The notes: generated by a model not told the origin, from the sequence alone. 64,000 nucleotides of DNA from a virus (IMGVR_UViG_2541047860_000002); one strand, 5' to 3'. Positions 39,619 through 49,838 are shown, counted from the first letter of the stretch. Translations and numbers: made by a program.

Positions 39619-40190
39619 ATCAATTCAATTGCCATCTGATACAACGCCATTTCATCGGCATTGTGCCGCATGAAATCTGCTTTTCCGCCTATTTTTCCAT
39701 CAGCATGAACAGGGACCAGCCAGGGATATTGTTCTCGGACCTCGGCTGGCGCTGCGTACTGGTGGTGCCATTTACACAAAGGGAGGACATATTTATGCGC
39801 GTTCTCTGCCGTTCTCCCGAAGATATGGTGCAGGGATACTACTGGGCTATGTTGCCCGTGAATATGGCAGGCAATGCAGGGGAGAGTACCGATAGCGGTC
39901 TGTATCCGGCGTTCATCGGCTGTGAGTGATCTGCCCTTCAGGCCGCGTGACGTGCGTGTTTTTTTGGACGGAGCGGATACAGCTTTCTCTTTTCTCCGCT
40001 GGTCATATTGCTTTGCTTTTTCAATTTTTTTTTGCCGATATTCAGGCGATGCGGCTTTTTCTCTCGCTCGCTGCTGCTGGCGTTGAGCTTGTTGAAGGCG
40101 CTTTGCCCTTTGTTCCTCTCGCCAGGCCGGGTCAGCCAATTTTTGCATGGCTTTTTGTCTCTGTTTCTCCCAGTAGCTCTGTTTCTGCAT
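39612..40190 (-). CDS. HNH-like nuclease with basic disordered N-terminus (Ref-like, putative)
   Basis: N-terminal 100 aa K/R/Q-rich; C-terminal CIACHIHGQH..SLHHI..CKWHH metal-binding motif. Confidence 0.45.
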   Translation of the reverse strand: MQKQSYWEKQRQKAMQKLADPAWREEQRAKRLQQAQRQQQRAREKAASPEYRQKKIEKAKQYDQRRKEKAVSAPSKKTRTSRGLKGRSLTADERRIQTAIGTLPCIACHIHGQHSPVVSLHHIFGRTAENAHKYVLPLCKWHHQYAAPAEVREQYPWLVPVHADGKIGGKADFMRHNADEMALYQMAIELIN

Positions 40191-40211
40191 GATGGCTGCC
40201 TCTTACTTTTC

Positions 40212-40272
40212 AGCGATTTTTCTATGATTGATCAAAATTGTTAGATATTCAAAATTGATTTTCTAACACAAA
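40212..40272. promoter_or_regulatory. Operator-like motif cluster in divergent promoter region
   Basis: ATTTTTCTA, TTGTTAGATA and TTTTCTAACACAAAA. Confidence 0.4.
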
Positions 40273-40462
40273 ACATTAATATCATTCCTGATAACTGTTT
40301 GGAGGACATGATGCTTATAGCTTTAAGTGCGATCCACCAGCCATCTGTGAATGAGATTGGCCTGTTCTATGTGTTGTTTTTCGGGGCGTTGGCGCTACTT
40401 GAGCTTGGTATTGAGCTTTTCGCAGTGCTTATGTTTTGCGTCACGATTTTGGGGAAATTTTG

Positions 40463-41086
40463 ATGGTGAAACGTGTTTTGAAAATTTACATCGCGGGGCC
40501 GATGACTGGTTATCCAGATTACAACCGTGCGGCGTTTAATGCGAAAGCGAGCGAGTTGATGGCTGAAGGGCATATCGTTCTGAATCCAGCGGTGTTACCT
40601 GGTGGCCTTTGCCAGAGTGAATACATGGATATTTGCCTGGCAATGGTGCGTTCTGCTGATGCGATCTATTTGCTCAATCAATGGGAAGAATCGGTTGGTG
40701 CTCGTGCAGAGCACGCGTTGGCTGAAAAGCTTGGGCTGACTGTAATTTATGAGTCACCAACCAACATTGAATGCCAGGTTGCTACGCATATTTACCGGGA
40801 ACTGGTCAATGCGTTACGTGATGTTGCTATTGAATGTCACGGCACGGATCAGCTTCGCGCTCGCTTAAGCCAAACCCTTTCCAGTTACCTGTCTTTGGCT
40901 GAAGGATACAACCTCCGACAGCGAAGAATGGTCAGATTAATCACGCGGTTATCTCAATCCCTGGCAAATGCTGAACCAACTAATCCGCTACCTAATGACG
41001 CAATGAATTATCTGAAGTCATGCGGCGTTGTTTCTGAAGATGCAGTTCGTTTTGTGGAGTTTATGTCTCAGAGGATGTCGGCGTGA
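40463..41086 (+). CDS. Nucleoside 2-deoxyribosyltransferase-like (DUF4406-like) protein with C-terminal shared module
   Basis: KIYIAGPMTGYPDYNRAAF N-terminus; C-terminal HIYRELVNALRDVAIECHGTDQLRARLS also found in ORF 46824..47990. Confidence 0.4.
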   Translation: MVKRVLKIYIAGPMTGYPDYNRAAFNAKASELMAEGHIVLNPAVLPGGLCQSEYMDICLAMVRSADAIYLLNQWEESVGARAEHALAEKLGLTVIYESPTNIECQVATHIYRELVNALRDVAIECHGTDQLRARLSQTLSSYLSLAEGYNLRQRRMVRLITRLSQSLANAEPTNPLPNDAMNYLKSCGVVSEDAVRFVEFMSQRMSA

Positions 41087-41400
41087 GCTGGCGGGGATGG
41101 GGAAGGGCAGAAATCATGATACTCCGCCAGTGCGCCGGAACTATGACGGTCGAGAGTATTGGGAAGCTGATCGGTCGTACCGGTGATGCCGTCAGGACTA
41201 AAGCGCGGGAGTTGGGGATCAGCATGATTCTGAAAGGAGACTTTCATCCGTCAGCCAAATACCGGCAGAGCGATATAGAACTGGCACGGCAGCTTCATCA
41301 GTGTGGTGTTCCCCGCCGTGAGATCGCGGAAAAACTCGAAATGCCCCTGGGCATGATTAATCAGTACGTTTATTTCGAAAGGAGAGTGTATGAAGTCTGA
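41083..41400 (+). CDS. Hypothetical protein
   Basis: 105-aa ORF. Confidence 0.35.
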   Translation: MSWRGWGRAEIMILRQCAGTMTVESIGKLIGRTGDAVRTKARELGISMILKGDFHPSAKYRQSDIELARQLHQCGVPRREIAEKLEMPLGMINQYVYFERRVYEV

Positions 41401-41899
41401 AGGTTTAACGCCCGCACAACTGGCAGAGCGTAACGCTGAGTATGTAACGGAAATTTCCCGACTTGAGCAAGAACGCTCGGCGCTGGCGGCGGAGAATGCG
41501 GGAATAAAGTCTGCAATTCCAGAATCACGGGATATTGAGGATGACAATGACAATATGGATGACGTATCTCTCGCGGAAGATTTCGGGTTCAATCATGCAA
41601 TAGAACTGATGAGGAGACGGATTCCTGAAACTCCGGCCACCGACGCTTTCCTGGCTGAAGTACGTGCGGAGGCACGCAACGAGGGGATTAACTACACCGC
41701 AAGCCGTCTTGCTGCTGCGTTCAATCACGGATTTATCAATAAGTCTTTGCGTGAAGTTTTCGACGTTACACGCATGATTTTGTCAGCGAAAGAAGAGTTG
41801 GCTAATGAACCGCATCCGCTTGATGGCCTGTCCGGTGAATATGCGGAGAAATCCCTAGAAGAATGGGCGGAACAGATTCGCAAAGGAAGCAGCCAGTGA
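41390..41899 (+). CDS. Hypothetical protein
   Basis: 169-aa ORF. Confidence 0.35.
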   Translation: MKSEGLTPAQLAERNAEYVTEISRLEQERSALAAENAGIKSAIPESRDIEDDNDNMDDVSLAEDFGFNHAIELMRRRIPETPATDAFLAEVRAEARNEGINYTASRLAAAFNHGFINKSLREVFDVTRMILSAKEELANEPHPLDGLSGEYAEKSLEEWAEQIRKGSSQ

Positions 41900-42171
41900 A
41901 TATCGACACCACGATAACGATCGATACGGCCCTAAATACCGGACTGGCACTTCTCGGTTGGCTTTACATCATGTCCAGTACATGGCGATGGCTGGGTTCC
42001 ATTTTCCTAAAACAGTGGAAAAAACGGCGCAAACAGGAACTACGCCAGAAGGCATTAGAAGCGTTCTATGACGCATTTGAACTTAGCCGCATAGAACCAG
42101 GCACAACAGCCAGGATAGCGACAAAAGGCGACCTGATGATAGTGATGTTCAGACAGGAGAAAACAAAATGA
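41863..42171 (+). CDS. Hypothetical small membrane protein
   Basis: 102-aa ORF with one hydrophobic helix. Confidence 0.3.
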   Translation: MGGTDSQRKQPVNIDTTITIDTALNTGLALLGWLYIMSSTWRWLGSIFLKQWKKRRKQELRQKALEAFYDAFELSRIEPGTTARIATKGDLMIVMFRQEKTK

Positions 42172-42392
42172 CAGAACAGACGATGACAAATCGCGAACTT
42201 GTTGATGCCGCGATTGAACTTGCTGGCGATTTTTATTCCATGATGGGTTACGAGCATCGACCTGGTTTTAAGTATTGGGAGTCACCGCATCCGCAAGAAC
42301 AACAGGTGTTTGAAATGGCTTGCCGTGCTTTTGAGTTTATTCGCGGTTCTGATGTGATGGAGGCCGTTGCCGATTTGGAGGATGAAGAGTGA
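42168..42392 (+). CDS. Hypothetical protein
   Basis: 74-aa ORF, overlapping start/stop. Confidence 0.35.
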   Translation: MTEQTMTNRELVDAAIELAGDFYSMMGYEHRPGFKYWESPHPQEQQVFEMACRAFEFIRGSDVMEAVADLEDEE

Positions 42393-42700
42393 GCACAATT
42401 AAAGAAATGCCGGTAGAACGTGATGAATATGGCTGCTGGACACATCCGGAGTATGAAAAGTTTTGCGCAGGCCGTGAATATATTTCCACTGAGGAATTTG
42501 ACGCCTGGATGAAGGGAAATAATCTTCAGTGGACTATTCGCAGTATGGATGAAGATGATTTTGATCTGGACGCAGCTGGTCCCGATATTGCCGCCTGGGA
42601 ACCGGAGCGACCAGAGGGTGAAGGCTGGTTTGTTGGCTCTATTCATGACACTGAAGATGGTCCGGTTTGTATCTGGCTGCGTGAGAAGGTTGCCGCATGA
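42389..42700 (+). CDS. Hypothetical protein
   Basis: 103-aa ORF, overlapping start/stop. Confidence 0.35.
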   Translation: MSTIKEMPVERDEYGCWTHPEYEKFCAGREYISTEEFDAWMKGNNLQWTIRSMDEDDFDLDAAGPDIAAWEPERPEGEGWFVGSIHDTEDGPVCIWLREKVAA

Positions 42701-43389
42701 CACAGGCTATGCATGAAGTGAATTTATATAGCCGTATTGATGGTTCTGGCTACAGAAACATATGGGTTGTTGGTGATCTGCATGGTTGCTACACCAGACT
42801 GATGTCCGAACTCCATCGTGTGGATTTTGACCCGGCGCAGGATTTACTGATATCGGTTGGCGACCTTATCGATCGCGGTACTGAAAATGTCGAATGTCTG
42901 GAACTATTGCAGATGCCCTGGTTCAGGGCAGTAATGGGGAACCATGAGCGGTTGATGCTTGATGCGTTAAGTCCTGATGGCAACGTGAATAACTGGCTAA
43001 TGAATGGCGGACAATGGTTCTTCATGCTGGACACTGATCAGGAAATATTAGCCAAGGCGCTGGTGGAGCTGGTAAAGCGTCTGCCATATATCATTGAGTT
43101 GAACACCGGGCATGAAACTATCGTTATAGCCCATGCCGACTATCCAGGTGGAGAGTACCAGTTCGGTAAGGATGTGTCGCTTTTTGATGTTGTCTGGTCG
43201 CGCAGTCGCGTCGGTGATTCGATAGATGGCATTGGTGGAGAAATCACAGGCGCAGATCGCTTTATCTTTGGGCACACACCGGTACGAAGACCAAAAGCAT
43301 ACTGGAATCAGCACTACATAGACACGGGCGCGGTTTTTTGCGGAAATCTGACGCTAATGCAGGTGAAGGGAGGGCAGCTTAAAGTCTGA
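42697..43389 (+). CDS. Ser/Thr protein phosphatase (lambda PPase / PrpA-like)
   Basis: GDLHG, GDLIDRG and GNHE metallophosphatase motifs. Confidence 0.8.
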   Translation: MTQAMHEVNLYSRIDGSGYRNIWVVGDLHGCYTRLMSELHRVDFDPAQDLLISVGDLIDRGTENVECLELLQMPWFRAVMGNHERLMLDALSPDGNVNNWLMNGGQWFFMLDTDQEILAKALVELVKRLPYIIELNTGHETIVIAHADYPGGEYQFGKDVSLFDVVWSRSRVGDSIDGIGGEITGADRFIFGHTPVRRPKAYWNQHYIDTGAVFCGNLTLMQVKGGQLKV

Positions 43390-43409
43390 TCAAATCATTT
43401 ACGCACTCA

Positions 43410-43450
43410 AAATTTGTTAGAACATTGATTATAGTTTTCTAACATATTAT
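43410..43450. promoter_or_regulatory. Operator-like motif pair
   Basis: TTGTTAGAACA and inverted TTTTCTAACATA upstream of ORF 43487. Confidence 0.4.
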
Positions 43451-43486
43451 TTTACCGCTCGGAACAAAACAGAGTCGGTATACATT

Positions 43487-44482
43487 ATGAGTGCAATAAT
43501 CACACCTCATTTCGTAAACGGAGCTGGTGTGGCTGTCTTTCCGGTAGACAAGCCCACCAGTAACTACATTGGCGCAGGTCGCCGTTTCATTATCTCCCCA
43601 CTTCCGCGTGAACAGGCTGAAAACACGCCAGATGGCGTAGTGGATCTGAATTATTCGCTGGTTGCCAACCAGTCTCTGAAACCGTTTTTTCAAAGCGAGC
43701 GCGTATTTAACGCGTTGGGCGGTGAAGATTCGCTTGTTCATTGGGTAAGTTCCAATATCCACGATTGCCAGGCGCACGATAAGCGCGATTGCAGCCACCA
43801 GCTAACCACTCATTTCTATAACGGCTCTGCCGTTCGCCTGTGCTGGAAGCATGATGCGGAATACATGATGAAGGGGTACAGCAAGTTGGACGACCAGTTA
43901 TCCCTGAATCGTGCCAACTGGGTTATGAACTGGGCTGCGAGCGAGTTAAAACTACCGCCAGAACGCGATCTGAGCATGGTTGAACTCACTTTTTGGGCCA
44001 TTCGCCGGAATCTGAAAGATGAGCTACCAGATGAAGCCGGTCGCATTGCATTTTGTCAGCCAAAAACTGAAATCCCTACCGGTACGCTGAAAGAATCAGA
44101 TATCACCTGGGAGCACAGTACCCGCGAGCTGGTGGACATAACCGCAGAGCAGATCGTCAACCTGTCTGTAGATGAGGATTCCGGCCTGCTTTATATGCGC
44201 CGACCAAAAGCGGTCCTCGGTAAAAGCCCGGCTTATCTCCGGTTTGTGGTTTCTCGTCCGTGCATCGGATGCGGTGGCAAAGTTAACCACCCGTTCATGT
44301 ACCGCGCCCGCTCGTTAAACGAACACGACCGCTGGGCTGTTCCTCTTTGCGATGACTGCGCCAGAAGCGCAGAAAACGATGTCCGGGCATGGGAAAAAGC
44401 ACATGGCATACGCCTTTACGTAGCCGCTAACCAGCTTTTTGACTTCGCCATCGAGCGCGGAGTGATCACTTTCAATAACTGA
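43487..44482 (+). CDS. Hypothetical protein with C-terminal Cys cluster
   Basis: 331-aa ORF; CIGCGG..CDDC. Confidence 0.4.
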   Translation: MSAIITPHFVNGAGVAVFPVDKPTSNYIGAGRRFIISPLPREQAENTPDGVVDLNYSLVANQSLKPFFQSERVFNALGGEDSLVHWVSSNIHDCQAHDKRDCSHQLTTHFYNGSAVRLCWKHDAEYMMKGYSKLDDQLSLNRANWVMNWAASELKLPPERDLSMVELTFWAIRRNLKDELPDEAGRIAFCQPKTEIPTGTLKESDITWEHSTRELVDITAEQIVNLSVDEDSGLLYMRRPKAVLGKSPAYLRFVVSRPCIGCGGKVNHPFMYRARSLNEHDRWAVPLCDDCARSAENDVRAWEKAHGIRLYVAANQLFDFAIERGVITFNN

Positions 44483-44486
44483 TGAG

Positions 44487-45179
44487 GTGGATCAAAAAAT
44501 GAAAGAACGCGGGATGATTTTTAACGATGAGATGGTCAGGGCCATCCTCGAAGGAAGGAAGACGCAGACTCGCCGACCTGTAAAAAATGTCAGGGCCGAT
44601 AACTGCCTGGTTATCCGTAAACCGACAAAGAAACGCAATGGTGTCTATACCCACGTTATGGATGCACCTGAACATGGTTTATGCCCGTTCGGTAACGTTG
44701 GTGATCGCATATGGGTCCGTGAGGCGTGGGCGATATTAGGCAATGAGGATGGTTGCAGTGTGGACTGGAACGACAACCTTTGTCGTGGCGATGAGAAGAA
44801 CGCAGCAAGGATTTATCGGGCCAGTTGTGAGCAAAAGCCGGGTGATTACGGCTTGTGGTCGATACCCGATGATGCCGACTGGAAACCTCACACTGTGAAT
44901 GAAAAATTTGATGGCGGGTGGCGTCCATCAATTCACATGCCGCGCTGGGCATCGCGCATTTTGCTGGAAATTACCGACGTGCGTGTGGAACGGCTGCGTG
45001 ATATGAGCGAGGCAGATGCTAAAGCAGAAGGCGCATCTCCGGCGATGTACAAAATTACGCCGCCGGAAGCTGTTTATCGCGTTGGTTTTGGTGATATCTG
45101 GCGCAGTATTTACGGGCAGGATAACTGGCTATCTAACCCGTGGGTATGGGTAATCGAGTTTAAGCGCATTCAGGAATAA
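44487..45179 (+). CDS. Hypothetical protein
   Basis: 230-aa ORF. Confidence 0.4.
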   Translation: MDQKMKERGMIFNDEMVRAILEGRKTQTRRPVKNVRADNCLVIRKPTKKRNGVYTHVMDAPEHGLCPFGNVGDRIWVREAWAILGNEDGCSVDWNDNLCRGDEKNAARIYRASCEQKPGDYGLWSIPDDADWKPHTVNEKFDGGWRPSIHMPRWASRILLEITDVRVERLRDMSEADAKAEGASPAMYKITPPEAVYRVGFGDIWRSIYGQDNWLSNPWVWVIEFKRIQE

Positions 45180-45262
45180 ACCGTGAGTATGCATCAAATC
45201 GTCAGTTTTTCAGGTGGACGAGCATCGGCCTGTCTCGTTCATCTGTTCGAAGAGGTAGTGGC

Positions 45263-45466
45263 ATGACAATCGTAAAAACCCATACCGGCACCGTGATCAC
45301 CAAAGACGGTCCGCAGGTAAAAAAACTGCACCAAACAGAGCGGATGTGGGTCGTCGGCAAAAATGAGTTTTACCACAAAGATACCGGACGCCGCCACTTT
45401 GCAGAAAATACGCGCCGTCGACTGCTGTTAGACACCATCAAGCCTATCGAGGTGAAGCATGTTTAA
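45263..45466 (+). CDS. Hypothetical small protein
   Basis: 67-aa ORF. Confidence 0.3.
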   Translation: MTIVKTHTGTVITKDGPQVKKLHQTERMWVVGKNEFYHKDTGRRHFAENTRRRLLLDTIKPIEVKHV

Positions 45467-45698
45467 ACAGAACGAAAAAGCTATCGCTCAAATTGCTGAT
45501 TATATCCCGCGTGCGTGCCGGGGTATGCAGTTGCAGGAAGCCAAAGCGCGCCTGGAGAAAAAAATTGCGCTCTATATTGATGACGGCTGTGATGCTGCCG
45601 TTCTTAACGCGGCGTTCGCACCAGCTCTTAACAGTCATACTCGGGAGTCTTTTTTTTCGTGCATCGAAGCGCAACTCCGCAAAGGAGGCAACCAGTGA
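45459..45698 (+). CDS. Hypothetical small protein
   Basis: 79-aa ORF. Confidence 0.3.
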   Translation: MFKQNEKAIAQIADYIPRACRGMQLQEAKARLEKKIALYIDDGCDAAVLNAAFAPALNSHTRESFFSCIEAQLRKGGNQ

Positions 45699-46420
45699 GC
45701 CAGATTGATTATCAAAAGCTTCGTGAAATCGCTGAAAAAACAAAAATTGCCGGTGAAGCACCTGTAATGCCTTTCGATCAGCGAATTAATGCGCTTAACG
45801 ATTTTATGAAGCACTTTTCGCCAGATATCGCGCTGGCATTGTTGGATGAACGGGAAAGAAACCAGCAATACATCAAACGCCGCGACCAGGAGAACGAGGA
45901 TATTGCGCTTACGGTTGGGAGGCTGCGCGTTGAGCTGGAAGGCAAAGACAGCAAAATAGCCAATCTTACCGCCGAACGCGATGCTCTTCGTGAAGGTGAG
46001 ATGGGCGACGCTAGGCATAGCAACACACGGGCCGCAGCTGATATCTACTTCCAACTGGTCGAGGAATGCGAAATTCCTGCTGGCGGATCTCTGGTCGAGT
46101 ACGTTGACGATATGCGCGAGAAGCTGGAAGCCGCAGAGAAGCGCATTGCAGAACTGGAAGCACGGGAAATAAAACCAGCCAAAGGCGAAGTTCTTGTCGT
46201 TGTCTCTGGTTTTACTGGTTGCGGGAAAAGCGCCATTGCCGGGGAAATAGAAATTGCGATGAAAGCTATTGGTGTGCCGGTTCAATGGACTAATGGCGAT
46301 GCAGAAAAGCATATGACCGGCGCTGACTGGCTGACAGCGATTGAGATGTACAAACCAACTGTGCGCATCGTGGAAGTTAATGTGCCACGCGCCGCTGGCA
46401 TTCGCATCAAAGGAGAGTGA
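45695..46420 (+). CDS. Coiled-coil protein (Ead/Ea22-like)
   Basis: GTG start with AGGAGG 6 nt upstream, overlapping previous stop (GTGA). Confidence 0.4.
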   Translation: MSQIDYQKLREIAEKTKIAGEAPVMPFDQRINALNDFMKHFSPDIALALLDERERNQQYIKRRDQENEDIALTVGRLRVELEGKDSKIANLTAERDALREGEMGDARHSNTRAAADIYFQLVEECEIPAGGSLVEYVDDMREKLEAAEKRIAELEAREIKPAKGEVLVVVSGFTGCGKSAIAGEIEIAMKAIGVPVQWTNGDAEKHMTGADWLTAIEMYKPTVRIVEVNVPRAAGIRIKGE

Positions 46421-46421
46421 T

Positions 46422-46616
46422 ATGGCAACCAACAACCGTAAAGCAAAGATTCTGTTAGTTCGTAGAAACGCTCCTGGCGTCTGGCAGTGGGTGAGACTCA
46501 GCAACCGACGGATGGGGTTGATGAAATATTACGGGATGATGGATTGTGGTTTTTGCAAAAAGCCCAGCGCGGCGCAAAACCGCTGGAAAAACCATTTGCG
46601 CACTAAAGGAGAGTGA
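46422..46616 (+). CDS. Hypothetical small protein
   Basis: Start preceded by AAAGGAGAGTGAT. Confidence 0.35.
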   Translation: MATNNRKAKILLVRRNAPGVWQWVRLSNRRMGLMKYYGMMDCGFCKKPSAAQNRWKNHLRTKGE

Positions 46617-46617
46617 T

Positions 46618-46827
46618 ATGGCTATTGCCGCAAGTTACACCATGCATCTCTATTGTGACTGCCGCCAGTGTACGGAAGGTGTATATCCAGTGCCAGACTT
46701 CGGTGAGTATATCGGTACGTCATGGTCTGGTTGTGCAAAAGAGGCGCGCAAGGATGGCTGGCGCATAAGCAAAGACAAAACGCGTGCTTTTGCGCCCGGG
46801 CATAAAGTTTTGAGGATTAACAAATGA
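46618..46827 (+). CDS. Hypothetical small Cys-rich protein
   Basis: Identical initiation region AAAGGAGAGTGATATGGC as previous gene. Confidence 0.35.
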   Translation: MAIAASYTMHLYCDCRQCTEGVYPVPDFGEYIGTSWSGCAKEARKDGWRISKDKTRAFAPGHKVLRINK

Positions 46828-47990
46828 CCACTATTACCAAAGAGCGACTGCTGGCAATCAAGCAGTGGCGCGAAACATACGGACCTGGTAGCAACGTTGT
46901 ACTGCCAGCAGAAGAAGCGGAAGAACTGGCACGGATTGCTCTGGCAGCGCTGGAAGCTGAACCTGTTCTGTATCAGTCCTGCACTCGCCCCACTTGGAAT
47001 AGCGGTGTTCCGTGGACGGAATGGAAAGAACGTAGTCGTGAGGGCTACGAAAACGATTTGCGCTTTACAGACACGCCTGACCATGCCGGTTGGATAAACA
47101 AATGCCGAAAACAATATACCACTCCGCCAGTTCCGGTAATGCAGGCTGATGTCGCGCAAGCAATTGAAAACCTCAAGCAGAAGTTAGTGGAATGCAATCG
47201 CTATAACTACTGCGCAGATGCCGTTAAAGGTGTTGAGGATGCCAGCCGCGTCTTGGCACTCCAAAATCAAAATATGTCAGCGCCGATAACGCCGGAGGCT
47301 ATTGAAAACGCAATTGAATACATCCGCAGTATCGCTTTTCACATCAATGAAGACGATTACCACGGCAAACATATTGCGTATTTCATGCGACAAGCATTGG
47401 CCTGGCTGGAAGGGCATTCATGCAGCAACGATAGACTGGGTAAAGCCGATAATCAACCAGTACGCGGCAACCAGGCTGCCGAATCCAATCGCGGTAATGA
47501 GTGGACCGGCAATCCTGATATTGATAACGCCATCATCATGCTCGATCGCATAGATACTCTGGAAAATTGCGATGATGACCGTATTGAGGCTGTTAAGGCC
47601 GTTTTGCGTAGACTGGCTGGCAACTATCCGGATATTCCGGATAGTTCGGTGCCAGCGCCAGGAAAGGGCGTCACCGGTGAACGTATCCGAATTAAGCCGC
47701 ATGTTTATCGCGAACTGGTTAACCGTCTCCACGATACAGCGATCAAGTGTGCTGGCACCCAGCAATTACGAGAAAGAATTAGCCGTGTTTTAGGCGACGT
47801 TATTACGCCAGATCATCATAAACAAGCCGAGAAAAGTGGCTTGGAAAGGTGTCACCTTGAGGCGGCATTAAACATTAAGCCGGGGCATACACTTGGCATT
47901 ATTGATGCACTATTGGTTCATAAGATGGCCAGGGCTTTATTGCCGCTGGTGGCTGAAAAGCATGAGGTGGACCATGCCAACGAAAGCTGA
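46824..47990 (+). CDS. Hypothetical protein carrying C-terminal module shared with ORF 40463..41086
   Basis: HVYRELVNRLHDTAIKCAGTQQLRERIS. Confidence 0.4.
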   Translation: MTTITKERLLAIKQWRETYGPGSNVVLPAEEAEELARIALAALEAEPVLYQSCTRPTWNSGVPWTEWKERSREGYENDLRFTDTPDHAGWINKCRKQYTTPPVPVMQADVAQAIENLKQKLVECNRYNYCADAVKGVEDASRVLALQNQNMSAPITPEAIENAIEYIRSIAFHINEDDYHGKHIAYFMRQALAWLEGHSCSNDRLGKADNQPVRGNQAAESNRGNEWTGNPDIDNAIIMLDRIDTLENCDDDRIEAVKAVLRRLAGNYPDIPDSSVPAPGKGVTGERIRIKPHVYRELVNRLHDTAIKCAGTQQLRERISRVLGDVITPDHHKQAEKSGLERCHLEAALNIKPGHTLGIIDALLVHKMARALLPLVAEKHEVDHANES

Positions 47991-48258
47991 ATTACAGGTG
48001 CGCGTAGATGAGCTTGAAAAAGAGAACGCGAGCCTCAAAAAAATGCTGTCGCGGGCGGAAAGGGAATTATCAGGCAAATTATTGCCAGAAGAACTGCCAC
48101 CAGCAGATATACCTGATCGAGTGTCCTGGTGGATGAAGTATTTCCGTGCACCGTGGGAGGCGTTTTGGTGCTACCACCATCGCAGATGGTGTGATGAACT
48201 TGATAGCAGTTTTCCCTACTTTGCGGAAGGGAACACCTGCCCTCAATGCAGGGGATAG
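47974..48258 (+). CDS. Hypothetical coiled-coil / Cys-rich protein
   Basis: ATG 47974 with GAGGTGG RBS; ORF track start 47893 is an upstream extension. Confidence 0.35.
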   Translation: MPTKAELQVRVDELEKENASLKKMLSRAERELSGKLLPEELPPADIPDRVSWWMKYFRAPWEAFWCYHHRRWCDELDSSFPYFAEGNTCPQCRG

Positions 48259-48593
48259 CATTTGACGAAATCGATCACCCTATCCTGAACTTCAGAAAGA
48301 AGGTCTTTTTCACGCGCCAGGACGTCAGGATATTGACGTTCTGGCCTTACCAGATGCCGGAGCTTCCCATTAAGCAGAATGGCCTCAGAAAACACTTTTA
48401 CGCTGTGCTTTATCCCCTCTGTTTCACTTTTCAGCGTCAAAATAAAGCGCAATTGCTTATTAGCCTGATTCAGATTCAATACACGAATTTGCAGTTCGTC
48501 TATGCTGTTTCGCAATGGGATTGATGCCACCACACTGGTGCAGTCTCTGATTGTCTGAATTGAACGGCTAACATTGAGAACGTTGTTGTGCAT
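48243..48593 (-). CDS. Hypothetical protein
   Basis: 116-aa ORF, opposite strand to neighbours. Confidence 0.3.
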   Translation of the reverse strand: MHNNVLNVSRSIQTIRDCTSVVASIPLRNSIDELQIRVLNLNQANKQLRFILTLKSETEGIKHSVKVFSEAILLNGKLRHLVRPERQYPDVLAREKDLLSEVQDRVIDFVKCYPLH

Positions 48594-48745
48594 GTGCCCG
48601 ATCCACTAACTCCTGGAGGTTTCTTGTGTCAGATCGAAATATAGCAGCTAAAAGCCAGGAAGAGCGAGACAAGGTGAACGTAGACCTTGCCGCCAGCGGT
48701 GTTGCTTACAAACCCCGCTTTCACAAACTATGCCTTTTCAATGTA

Positions 48746-48765
48746 TACTGTATGAATAAACAGTA
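48746..48765 (+). promoter_or_regulatory. LexA (SOS) box overlapping the humD promoter
   Basis: TACTGTATGAATAAACAGTA = CTGT-N8-ACAG consensus, 18 bp upstream of ATG. Confidence 0.7.
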
Positions 48766-48783
48766 TCATTGAGGTAAAACGCT

Positions 48784-49173
48784 ATGGGCTTCCCTTCTCC
48801 TGCGGCGGATTATGTTGAAAGCCGAATTTCTCTTGATCAACAACTAATCAGGCATCCATCAGCAACCTACTTCATGCGGGCAGCTGATAGCCATCACCGT
48901 GAGGGAATATTGCAGGGTGCTTTGCTGGTGGTTGATTCTTCGCTTACTCCAGTTGATGGTTCGCTGCTTGTGTGCGCTATGGAGGGTGAATATCGCATAA
49001 AGAGATACAGGAAGTATCCGCGCCAGCACCTGGAGGATTTAAGCACCGGGAAGAAAGAGGCGTTACCAGTAGATGACGATGGATACACGGGCAGTAATGC
49101 TGTTTTTGGTGTGATCACCCACATTATCAATGACGCCAGGGGCGGTGAATTTGATGATAGTCCTGCTATATGA
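48784..49173 (+). CDS. humD: UmuD'-like protein (P1 HumD homologue)
   Basis: MGFPSPAADYVE..HPSATYF matches UmuD from its RecA cleavage site onward, so the product is pre-truncated like UmuD'. Confidence 0.85.
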   Translation: MGFPSPAADYVESRISLDQQLIRHPSATYFMRAADSHHREGILQGALLVVDSSLTPVDGSLLVCAMEGEYRIKRYRKYPRQHLEDLSTGKKEALPVDDDGYTGSNAVFGVITHIINDARGGEFDDSPAI

Positions 49174-49307
49174 TTTGTTTTCAGAGAAACCATAGAGAGG
49201 CATGACTGGATCTATATCGCCCTGGCCATTTAAATGATTCCTCCCATTAGACGCGGTTACTCACTTGAAGATAAGATGAGGTTATAATTCTCTTTTTAGG
49301 TACGCGA

Positions 49308-49730
49308 ATGAGTTCGTCTGCTTTTGTCACTGTTGTCACTGGAGTAAGCGTTTTTGTCCTAGGTCGACTCATCATCAAGGGGGTTGAGTCTTACATTTCA
49401 TTCAAGGAACAGTTGGGGGAAATATCGCATCTGTTATTGTCTAACCAAGCAAAGCTATCGAATCCCCGCTCTGACTTAAAACAAGAAATCATCCATGATT
49501 TGAAAGATGCGGCAGCACAGTTACGGGTGAAGTACGAACTATTACCTTTCTATATCAAAATGTTACACATCGGTTTTCGCCTTGTTCCATCAGAAACTGA
49601 AATTCGTAAAGCGGCGCAAGAATTGAATCTGATAGCCTCGATACATGACGGTAAAACCGGAGAGCTGCCATATGAGCACATAGCCAAGATTGGATTACTG
49701 CTCAGAATTCCAACCACTTATTCTGCTTAA
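49308..49730 (+). CDS. Membrane-anchored protein of unknown function
   Basis: N-terminal TM helix (FVTVVTGVSVFVLGRLII). Confidence 0.4.
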   Translation: MSSSAFVTVVTGVSVFVLGRLIIKGVESYISFKEQLGEISHLLLSNQAKLSNPRSDLKQEIIHDLKDAAAQLRVKYELLPFYIKMLHIGFRLVPSETEIRKAAQELNLIASIHDGKTGELPYEHIAKIGLLLRIPTTYSA

Positions 49731-49838
49731 TCCCAGCAATTGCAAGACTGCATCTCGAGGATTTAAGGCACCAAGAAGTGGTATTCAGCATCATTAAAAC
49801 CTATAATTGCGTACACATAACGAGCACACGAGGTGTTT

